Shown here piece by piece: positions 1 through 11,700 of a DNA stretch of 64,000 nucleotides; positions within the stretch are counted from its first letter, which is position 1; each line of letters begins with the position of its first letter. Below the pieces are notes generated by a model. It searched no databases and was not told the DNA's origin. It saw nothing but the letters and a program-made list of their open reading frames with translations. The translations under genes and the position numbers were made by a program. The DNA is from the human T2T-CHM13v2.0 reference genome, Homo sapiens: assembly GCF_009914755.1 (NCBI RefSeq), contig NC_060933.1; one strand, 5' to 3'.

Positions 1-3000
1 CCATTCGATTCCATTCCATTCTACTGCACTCGCGTTGATTCCATTCCATTCCATTCCATTCCATTCCATTCCTTTCCATTCCAGTCCTTTCCATTCCATT
101 CCACTCGGGTTGATTCCATTGTATTAATTTCCATTCCATTCCATTCCCTTCCATTCCACTCTGGTTGATTCCATTCCTTTCCATTCCACTCGAATACATT
201 CCCTCCTATTCCACTCGGAACGATTCCATTCCATTCCATTCCATTCCAGTCCATTCCATTCCATTCCATTTCGTTCCATTCCATCCTATTCCGTATCATT
301 CCATTCCATTCCATTCCATTCCATTCCATTCCATTCCACTCGTGTTGATTCCATTCCTTTCCATTCCATTCGGTTTGAAGGCATTCCATTCCATTCCATT
401 CCATTGTACTCGGGTTGATTCCATTCCATTGCATTCCATTCCATTCCATTCCATTCCATTCCGTTGCATTCCATTCCATTACATTCTGATTGATTCTATT
501 CAACTCCCTTACTCTCCATTACATTCCATTCAATTCGGGTTGTTCCATTCCATTCCATTCCATTCCACTCCATTCCATTGCACTCGGGTTGATTCCATTC
601 CATTCCATTCCATTCCATTCCATTCCATTCCATTCCATTCCGGATGATTCCATTCCATTGCATTCCGTTCCATTACATTCCCCTGCACTCGCGTTGATTC
701 CATTCCATTCCATTCCATTCCATTGAATTCCATTCCATTACAATTCGTTCCATTCCATTCTATTCCGTACCATTCCATTCCATTCCATACCATTCCATTG
801 CATTCCATTCCATTCCATTCCATTTCATTCCACTCCATTCCAGTCCTTTCCATTCCATTCCAATCAGGTTGATTCCATTCTATTCCTTTCCATTCCATTC
901 CTTTCCATTGCAATCGAGTTGATTCCATTGCTTTGCATTCCATTCCATTCCATTCCATTCCGGATGATTCCATTCCATTGCATTCCATTCCATTCCATTC
1001 CCGTGCACTCGTGTTGAATCCATTCCATTCCACTCCATTCCGTTCCATTCCATTCCATTCCATTCCATTCCATTCCATTGTTTTCGGGTTAATTCCATTC
1101 CATTCCGTTCCATTCCATTCCATTCCATTCCATTACAATCGAGTTGATTCCATTCCATTCCATTCCATTCCATTTCAGTCCTTTCCATTCCATTCCACTC
1201 GGGTTGATTCCAATCTAATCTATTAGTTTCCATTCCATTCCATTCCCTTCCATTCCGCTCTGGTTGATTCCATTCCTTTCCATTCCACTCGAATACATTC
1301 TCTCCTATTCCACTCGGAACGATTCCATTCCATTCCATTCCATTCCATTCCATTCCATTCTATTCGGGTTAATTCCATTCCATTCCATTCGATTGCAATC
1401 GAGTTGATTCCATTCCATTCCATTCCATTCCATTCCGGATGATTCCATTCTATTGCATTCCATTCCATTCCATTCCCCTGCAGTCGGGTTGATTCCATTC
1501 CATTCCATTCCATTCCATTCCGTTCCATTCCATTCCATTCCATTCTATTCGGGTTAATTCCATTCCATTCCTTTCCATTCCATTCCATTCCATTCCAATC
1601 GAGTTGATTCCATTGCTTTGCATTCCATTCCATTCCATTCCATTCCGGATGATTCCATTCCATTGCATTCCATTCTATTCCACTCCATTCCAGTCCTTTC
1701 CATTCCATTACACTCGAGTTGATTCCGTTCTATTCCTTTCCATTCCATTCCATTCCATTGCAATCGAGTTGATTCCATTGCTTTGCATTCCATTCCATTC
1801 CATTCCATTCCGGATGATTCCATTCCATTGCATTCCATTCCATTCCATTCCCCTGCACTCGGGTTGATTCCATTCCATTCCACTCCATTCCGTTCCATTC
1901 TAGTCCATTCCATTGTATTCGGGTTAATTCCATTCCATTCCATTCCATTCCATTCCATTACAATGTAGTTGATTCCATTCAATTCCATTCCATTCCATTC
2001 CATTCCAGTCCTTTCCATTCCATTCCACTCGAGTTGATTCCATTCTATTAGTTTCCATTCCATTCCATTCCCTTCCATTCCAATCTGGTTGATTCCATTC
2101 CTTTCCATTCCACCCGAATACATTCCCTCCTATTCCACTCAGAACGATTCCATTCCATTCCATTCCATTCCATTCCATTCCATTCCATTCCAGTTCGTTC
2201 CATTCCATTCTATTCCGTACCATTCTATTCCATTCCATTCCTTTCCATTCCATTCCATTCCACTCGTGGTGATTCCATTCCTTTCCATTCCATTCGGTTT
2301 GAAGGCATTCCATTCCATTCAATTCCATTCCATTCCATTCCATTCCATTCCATTCCATTCCATTCCATTCCATTCCATTCCATTGTACTCGAGTTGATTC
2401 CATTCCATTGCATTCAATTCCATTCCATTCCATTCCATTGTACTCGAGTTGATTCCATTCCATTGCATTCCATTCCATTCCATTCCATTCCATTCCGTTG
2501 CATTCCATTCCATTACATTCGGATTGATTCTATTCAACTCCCTGACTCTCCATTACATTCCATTCCATTCGGGTTGTTCCATTCCATTCCATTCCATTCC
2601 ACTCCATTCCATTGCACTCGGGTTGATTCCATTCCATTCCATTCCATTCCATTCCATTCCGGGTGATTCCATTCCATTGCATTCCGTTCCATTACATTCC
2701 CCTGCACTCGCGTTGATTCCATTCCATTCCATTCCATTCCATTCCATTCCATTCCATTCCATTCCATTCCGTTGCATTCCATTCCATTACATTCGGATTG
2801 ATTCTATTCAAATCCCTTACTCTCCATTACTTTCCATTCCATTCGGGTTGTTCCATTCCATTCCATTCCATTCCATTCCACTCCATTCCATTGCACTCGG
2901 GTTGATTCCATTCCATTCCATTCCATTCCATTCCGGATGATTCCATTCCATTGCATTCCGTTCCATTACATTCCCCTGCACTCGCGTTGATTCCATTCCA

Positions 3001-6000
3001 TTCCATTCCATTCCATTCCATTCCATTCAATTCCATTCCAATGCAATTCGTTCCATTCCATTCTATTCCGTACCATTCCATTCCATTCCATACCATTCCA
3101 TTCCATTCCATTCCATTCCGTTCCGTTCTGTTCCTTTCCATTCCATTCCATTCTATTCGGATTAATTCCATTCCATTCCATTCCATTCCATTCTATTCCA
3201 TTCCATTGCAATCGAGTTGAATCCATTGCATTTCATTCCATTCCATTCCATTCCATTCCATTCCGGAAGATTCCATTCCATTGCATTCCATTCCATTCCA
3301 TTCCCCTGCACTCGCGTTGATTCCATTCCATTCCATTCCATTCCATTGCATTCCATTCCGTTCCGTTCAATTCCATTCCATTCCATTCCATTCCATTCCA
3401 TTCCGTTCCATTCCATTCCATTCCATTCCATTCTATTCGGGTTAATTCCATTCCATTCCATTCGATTGCAATCGAGTTGATTCCATTTCATTCCATTCCA
3501 TTCCATTCCATTCCTTTCCATTCCATTACGGATGATTCCATTCCATTGCATTCCATTCCATTCCATTCCCCTGTACTCGGGTTGATTCCATTCCATTCCA
3601 TTCCAATCCATGCCATTCCACTTGTGTTGATTCCATTCTTTCCATTGCATTCAAGTTGAATCCATTCCATTGCATTCCATTCCATTCGATTCCATTCGAT
3701 TGCACTCGGGTTGATTCCATTACATTGCATTCCATTCCATTCCATTCCATTCCGTTCCATTCCATTCCATTACATTCGGATTGATTCTATTCAATTCCGT
3801 TACACTCCATTACATTCCATTCCATTCGGGCAGTTTCCATTCCATTCCATTCCATTCCTCTCCATTCCATTGCACTCGGGTTGATTCCATTCCATTCCAT
3901 TCCATTCCATTCCATTCCATTCCATTCCATTCCATTCCGTTCCATTGTACTCGGGTTGATTCCATTCCATTGCATTCCATTCCATTCCATTCCATTCCAT
4001 TCCGTTCCATTCCATTACATTCGGATTGATTCTATTCAACTCCCTTACTCTCCATTACATTCCATTCCATTCGGGTTTTTCCATTCCATTCCATTCCATT
4101 CCACTCCATTCCATTGCACTCGGGTTGATTCCATTCCATTCCATTCCATTCCATTCGATTCCATTCCATTCCAATTCATTCCATTCCATTCTATTCCGTA
4201 CCATTCCATTCCATTCCATACAATTCCACTCCATTCCATTCCACTCCGTTCCGTTCCGTTCCGTTCCGTTCCGTTCCGTTCCATTCCATTCCATTCTATT
4301 CGGTTTAATTCCATTCCATTCCATTCCATTCTATTCCATTCCATTGCAATCGAGTTGAATCCATTGCATTCCATTCCATTCCATTCCATTCCAATCCATT
4401 CCGGAAGATTCCATTCCATTCCATTCCATTCCATTCCATTCCGTTCCGTTCCATTCCATTCCATTCCATTCCATTGTACTTGGGTTGATTCCATTCCATT
4501 GCATTCCATTCCATTCCATTCCATTCCATTCCATTCCATTCCGTTCCATTCCATTCCATTACATTCGGATTGATTCTTTTCAACTCCCTTACTCTCCATT
4601 ACATTCCATTCCATTCGGGTTGTTCCATTCCATTCCATTCCATTCCACTCCATTCCATTGCACTCGGGTTGATTCCATTCCATTCCATTCCATTCCATTC
4701 CGGATGATTCCTTTCCATTGCATTCCGTTCCATACATTCCCCTGCACTCGGGTTGATTCCATTCCATTCCATTCCATTCGATTCCATTCCATTCTACTGC
4801 ACTCGCGTTGATTCCATTCCATTCCATTCCATTCCATTCCATTCCTTTCCATTCCAGTCCTTTCCATTCCATTCCACTCGGGTTGATTCCATTGTATTAG
4901 TTTCCATTCCATTCCATTCCCTTCCATTCCACTCTGGTTGATTCCATTCCTTTCCATTCCACTCGAATACATTCCCTCCTATTCCACTCGGAACGATTCC
5001 ATTCCATTCCATTCCATTCCAGTCCATTCCATTCCATTCCATTTCGTTCCATTCCATCCTATTCCGTATCATTCCATTCCATTCCATTCCATTCCATTCC
5101 ATTCCACTCGTGTTGATTCCATTCCTTTCCATTCCATTCGGTTTGAAGGCATTCCATTCCATTCCATTCCATTCCATTCCATTCCATTGTACTCGGGTTG
5201 ATTCCATTCCATTGCATTCCATTCCATTCCATTCCATTCCATTCCGTTGCATTCCATTCCATTACATTCTGATTGATTCTATTCAACTCCCTTACTCTCC
5301 ATTACATTCCATTCAATTCGGGTTGTTCCATTCCATTCCATTCCATTCCACTCCATTCCATTGCACTCGGGTTGATTCCATTCCATTCCATTCCATTCCA
5401 TTCCATTCCATTCCATTCCATTCCGGATGATTCCATTCCATTGCATTCCGTTCCATTACATTCCCCTGCACTCGCGTTGATTCCATTCCATTCCATTCCA
5501 TTCCATTGAATTCCATTCCATTACAATTCGTTCCATTCCATTCTATTCCGTACCATTCCATTCCATTCCATACCATTCCATTGCATTCCATTCCATTCCA
5601 TTCCATTTCATTCCACTCCATTCCAGTCCTTTCCATTCCATTCCAATCAGGTTGATTCCATTCTATTCCTTTCCATTCCATTCCTTTCCATTGCAATCGA
5701 GTTGATTCCATTGCTTTGCATTCCATTCCATTCCATTCCATTCCGGATGATTCCATTCCATTGCATTCCATTCCATTCCATTCCCGTGCACTCGTGTTGA
5801 ATCCATTCCATTCCACTCCATTCCGTTCCATTCCATTCCATTCCATTCCATTCCATTCCATTCCATTGTTTTCGGGTTAATTCCATTCTATTCCGTTCCA
5901 TTCCATTCCATTCCATTCCATTACAATCGAGTTGATTCCATTCCATTCCATTCCATTCCATTTCAGTCCTTTCCATTCCATTCCACTCGGGTTGATTCCA

Positions 6001-8790
6001 ATCTAATCTATTAGTTTCCATTCCATTCCATTCCCTTCCATTCCGCTCTGGTTGATTCCATTCCTTTCCATTCCACTCGAATACATTCTCTCCTATTCCA
6101 CTCGGAACGATTCCATTCCATTCCATTCCATTCCATTCCATTCCATTCCATTCTATTCGGGTTAATTCCATTCCATTCCATTCGATTGCAATCGAGTTGA
6201 TTCCATTCCATTCCATTCCATTCCATTCCGGATGATTCCATTCTATTGCATTCCATTCCATTCCATTCCCCTGCAGTCGGGTTGATTCCATTCCATTCCA
6301 TTCCATTCCATTCCGTTCCATTCCATTCCATTCCATTCTATTCGGGTTAATTCCATTCCATTCCTTTCCATTCCATTCCATTCCATTCCAATCGAGTTGA
6401 TTCCATTCCATTGCATTCCATTCCATTCCACTCCATTCCAGTCCTTTCCATTCCATTACACTCGAGTTGATTCCGTTCTATTCCTTTCCATTCCATTCCA
6501 TTCCATTGCAATCGAGTTGATTCCATTGCTCTGCATTCCATTCCATTCCATTCCATTCCGGATGATTCCATTCCATTGCATTCCATTCCATTCCATTCCC
6601 CTGCACTCGGGTTGATTCCATTCCATTCCACTCCATTCCGTTCCATTCTAGTCCATTCCATTGTATTCGGGTTAATTCCATTCCATTCCATTCCATTCCA
6701 TTCCATTACAATGTAGTTGATTCCATTCAATTCCATTCCATTCCATTCCATTCCAGTCCTTTCCATTCCATTCCACTCGGGTTGATTCCATTCTATTAGT
6801 TTCCATTCCATTCCATTCCCTTCCATTCCAATCTGGTTGATTCCATTCCTTTCCATTCCACCCGAATACATTCCCTCCTATTCCACTCAGAACGATTCCA
6901 TTCCATTCCATTCCATTCCATTCCATTCCAGTTCGTTCCATTCCATTCTATTCCGTACCATTCTATTCCATTCCATTCCTTTCCATTCCATTCCATTCCA
7001 CTCGTGGTGATTCCATTCCTTTCCATTCCATTCGGTTTGAAGGCATTCCATTCCATTCCATTCCATTCCATTCCATTCCATTCCATTCCATTGTACTCGA
7101 GTTGATTCCATTCCATTGCATTCAATTCCATTCCATTCCATTCCATTGTACTCGAGTTGATTCCATTCCATTGCATTCCATTCCATTCCATTCCATTCCA
7201 TTCCGTTGCATTCCATTCCATTACATTCGGATTGATTCTATTCAACTCCCTGACTCTCCATTACATTCCATTCCATTCGGGTTGTTCCATTCCATTCCAT
7301 TCCATTCCACTCCATTCCATTGCACTCGGGTTAATTCCATTCCATTCCATTCCATTCCATTCCATTCCATTCCGGGTGATTCCATTCCATTGCATTCCGT
7401 TCCATTACATTCCCCTGCACTCGCGTTGATTCCATTCCATTCCATTCCATTCCATTCCATTCCATTCCATTCCATTCCATTCCGTTGCATTCCATTCCAT
7501 TACATTCGGATTGATTCTATTCAACTCCCTTACTCTCCATTACATTCCATTCCATTCGGGTTGTTCCATTCCATTCCATTCCATTCCATTCCACTCCATT
7601 CCATTGCACTCGGGTTGATTCCATTCCATTCCATTCCATTCCATTCCATTCCATTCCATTCCGGATGATTCCATTCCATTGCATTCCGTTCCATTACATT
7701 CCCCTGCACTCGCGTTGATTCCATTCCATTCCATTCCATTCCATTCCATTCCATTCCATTCAATTCCATTCCATTGCAATTCGTTCCATTCCATTCTATT
7801 CCGTACCATTCCATTCCATTCCATACCATTCCATTCCATTCCATTCCATTCCGTTCCGTTCTGTTCCTTTCCATTCCATTCCATTCTATTCGGATTAATT
7901 CCATTCCATTCCATTCCATTCCATTCTATTCCATTCCATTGCAATCGAGTTGAATCCATTGCATTTCATTCCATTCCATTCCACTCCATTCCATTCCGGA
8001 AGATTCCATTCCATTGCATTCCATTCCATTCCATTCCCCTGCACTCGCGTTGATTCCATTCCATTCCATTCCATTCCATTCCATTCCATTCCGTTCCGTT
8101 CAATTCCATTCCATTCCATTCCATTCCATTCCATTCCGTTCCATTCCATTCCATTCCATTCCATTCTATTCGGGTTAATTCCATTCCATTCCATTCGATT
8201 GCAATCGAGTTGATTCCATTTCATTCCATTCCATTCCATTCCATTCCTTTCCATTCCATTACGGATGATTCCATTCCATTGCATTCCATTCCATTCCATT
8301 CCCCTGTACTCGGGTTGATTCCATTCCATTCCATTCCAATCCATGCCATTCCACTTGTGTTGATTCCATTCTTTCCATTGCATTCAAGTTGAATCCATTC
8401 CATTGCATTCCATTCCATTCGATTCCATTCGATTGCACTCGGGTTGATTCCATTACATTGCATTCCATTCCATTCCATTCCATTCCGTTCCATTCCATTC
8501 CATTACATTCGGATTGATTCTATTCAATTCCCTTACACTCCATTACATTCCATTCCATTCGGGCAGTTTCCATTCCATTCCATTCCATTCCTCTCCATTC
8601 CATTGCACTCGGGTTGATTCCATTCCATTGCATTCCATTCCATTCCATTCAATTCCATTCCGTTCCATTCCATTCCATTACATTCGGAATGATTCTATTC
8701 AACTCCCTTACTCTCCGTTACATTCCATTCCATTCGGGTTGTTCCATTCCATTCCATTCCATTCCACTCCATTCCAGTGCACTCGGGTTG
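1..8790 (+). repeat. Older ~4.75-kb tandem duplication (1 to ~4130 vs 4774 to ~8790)
   Basis: ctactgcactcgcg occurs at 21 and 4794, caatctaatctattag at about 1211 and about 5999, and gggcagtttcc at about 3828 and about 8561. The offsets range from 4733 to 4793. Confidence 0.9.
3261..3273. promoter_or_regulatory. Canonical 3-unit heat-shock element TTCcgGAAgaTTC (also at 4399, 7994, 8822, 10740, 12287, 24677, 26585, 28132)
   Basis: Exact nTTCnnGAAnnTTCn match. HSF1 binding and heat-induced transcription of Sat III are established, but use of these particular sites is not shown. Confidence 0.5.
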
Positions 8791-11700
8791 ATTCCATTCC
8801 ATTCCATTCCATTCCATTCCATTCCGGAAGATTCCATTCCATTGCATTCCATTCCATTCCATTCCCCTGCACTCGCGTTGATTCCATTCCATTCCATTCT
8901 ATTCCATTCCATTCCCTTCCTTTCCGTTCCATTCCATTCCATTCCATTCCATTCCGTTCCGTTCCGTTCTATTCCATTCCATTCCATTCTATTTGGGTTA
9001 ATTCCATTCCATTCCATTCGATTGCAATCGAGTTGATTCTATTCCATTCCATTCCATTCCATTCCATTCCATTCCATTCCATTCCTTTCCATTCCATTAC
9101 GGATGATTCCATTCCATTGCATTCCATTCCATTCCATTCCCCTCTACTCGGGTTGACTCCATTCCATTCCATTCCAATCCATGCCATTCCACTCGTGTTG
9201 ATTCCATTCTTTCCATTCCATTCAAGTTGAATCCATTCCATTGCATTCCATTCCATTCCATTCCCCTGCAGTCTGGTTGATTCCATTCCATTCCATTCCA
9301 TTCCATTCCTTTCCATTCCATTCCGTTCCGTTCCGTTCCATTCCATTCCATTCCATTCTATTCGGGTTAATTCCATTCCATTCCATTCCATTCCATTCCA
9401 ATCGAGTTGATTCCACTCCATTCCATTCCATTCCATTCCACTCCATTCCAGTCCTTTCCATTCCATTCCACTCGGGTGGATTCCAATGTATTCCTTTCCA
9501 TTCCATTACATTCCATTGCAATCGAGTTGATTCCATTGCTTTGCATTCCATTCCATTCCATTCCATTCCGGAGGACTCCATTCCATTGCATTCCATTCCA
9601 TTGCATTCCCCTGCACTCGGGTTGATTCCATGCCATTCCACTCCATTCCGTTGCATTCCATTCCATTCCATTGTATTCGGGTTAATTCCATTCCATTCCA
9701 TTCCATTCCATTCCATTCCATTACAATCGAGTTGATTCCATTCCATTCCATTCCATTCCATTCCAGTCCTTTCCATTCCATTCCACTCGGGTTGATTCCA
9801 TTCTATTAGTTTCCATTCCATTCCGTTCCCTTCCATTCCACTCTGGTTGATTCCATTCCTTTCCATTCCCCTCGAATACATTCCCTCCTATTCCACTCGG
9901 AACGATTCCATTCCATTCCATTCCATTCCATTCCATTTCGTTCCATTACATTCTATTCCGTATCATTCCATTCCATTCCATTCCATTCCATTCCATTCCA
10001 CTCGTGTTGATTCCATTCCTTTCCATTCCATTCGGATTGAAGGCATTCCATTCCATTCCATTCCATTCCATTCCATTCCATTCCATTCCATTCCATTGTA
10101 CTCGGGTTGATTCCATTCCATTGCATTCCATCCCATTCCATTCCATTCCAATCCGTTCCATTCCATTCCATTACATTCGGATTGATTCTATTCAACTCCC
10201 TTACTCTCCATTACATTCCATTCCATTCGGGTTGTTCCATTCCATTCCATTCCATTCCACTCCATTCCATTGCACTCGGGTTGATTCCATTCCTTTCCAT
10301 TCCATTCCATTCCATTCCGGATGATTCCATTCCATTGCATTCCGTTGCATTACATTCCCCTGCACTCGCGTTGATTCCATTCCATTCCATTCCATTCCAT
10401 TCCATTCCATTCCATGCCATTACAATTCGTTCCATTCCATTCTATTCCGTACCATTCCATTCCATTCCATACCATTCCATTCCATTCCATTCCATTCCAT
10501 TCCATTCCATTTCGTTCCATTCCGTTCCATTCCATTCCATTCCATTCTATTCGGGTTAATTCCATTCCATTCCATTCCATTCCATTCCATTCCATTCCAT
10601 TCCATTCCATTCCAATCTATTCCATTCCATTGCAATCGAGTTGAATCCATTGCATTTCATTCCATTCCATTCCATTCCATTCCATTGCAATCGAGTTGAA
10701 TCCATTGCATTTCATTCCATTCCATTCCATTCCATTCCATTCCGGAAGATTCCATTCCATTGCATTCCATTCCATTCCATTCCCCTGCACTCGCGTTGAT
10801 TCCATTCCATTCCATTCCATTCCATTCCGTTCCGTTCCGTTCCGTTCCATTTCATTCCATTCCATTCCATTCCATTCCGTTCCGTTCCATTCCATTCCAT
10901 TCCATTCTATTCGGGGTAATTCCATTCCATTCCATTCGATTGAAATCGAGTTGATTCCATTCCATTCCATTCCATTCCATTCCATTCCATTCCATTCCAT
11001 TCCATTCCGTTCCGTTCCGTTCCGTTCCGTTCCATTCCATTCCATTCCATTCTATTCGGGTTAATTCCATTCCATTCCATTCGATTGCAATCGAGTTGAT
11101 TCCATTCCATTCCATTCCATTCCATTCCATTCCATTCCATTCCAATCGAGTTGATTCCATTCCATTCCATTCCATTCCATTCCACTCCATTCCACTCCTT
11201 TCCATTCCATTCCACTCGGGTTGATTCCATTCTATTCCTTTCCATTCCATTCCATTGCATTGCAATCGAGTTGATTCCGTTGCTTTGCCTTCCATTCCAT
11301 TCCATTCCATTCCGGATGATTCCATTCCATTGCATTCCATTCCATTCCATTTCCCTGCACTAGGGTTGATTCCATTCCATTCCACTCCATTCCCTTCCAT
11401 TCCATTCCATTCCATTGTATTCGGGTTAATTCCATTCCATGCCATTTCATTCCATTCCATTCCATTCCATTCCATTCTATTACAATCGAGTTGATCATTC
11501 CATTCCATTCCATTCCATTCCTTTCCATTCCATTCCACTCGGGTTGATTCCATTCTATTAGTTTCCATTCCATTCCATTCCCTTCCATTCCACTCTGGTT
11601 GATTCCATTCCTTTCCATTCCACTCGAATACATTCCCTCCTATTCCACTCGGAACGATTCCATTCCATTCCATTCCATTCCATTCCATTCCATTCCATTC

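Noticed and set aside
1209-1227. caatctaatctattag as a DUX4-like site (TAATCTAATCA)
   Set aside because: It mismatches at both ends of the consensus, which is too weak to call.
10626-10735. 55-bp tandem dimer (and a 45-bp dimer at 15966-16055)
   Set aside because: Both are real but are ordinary slippage duplications of a single word.
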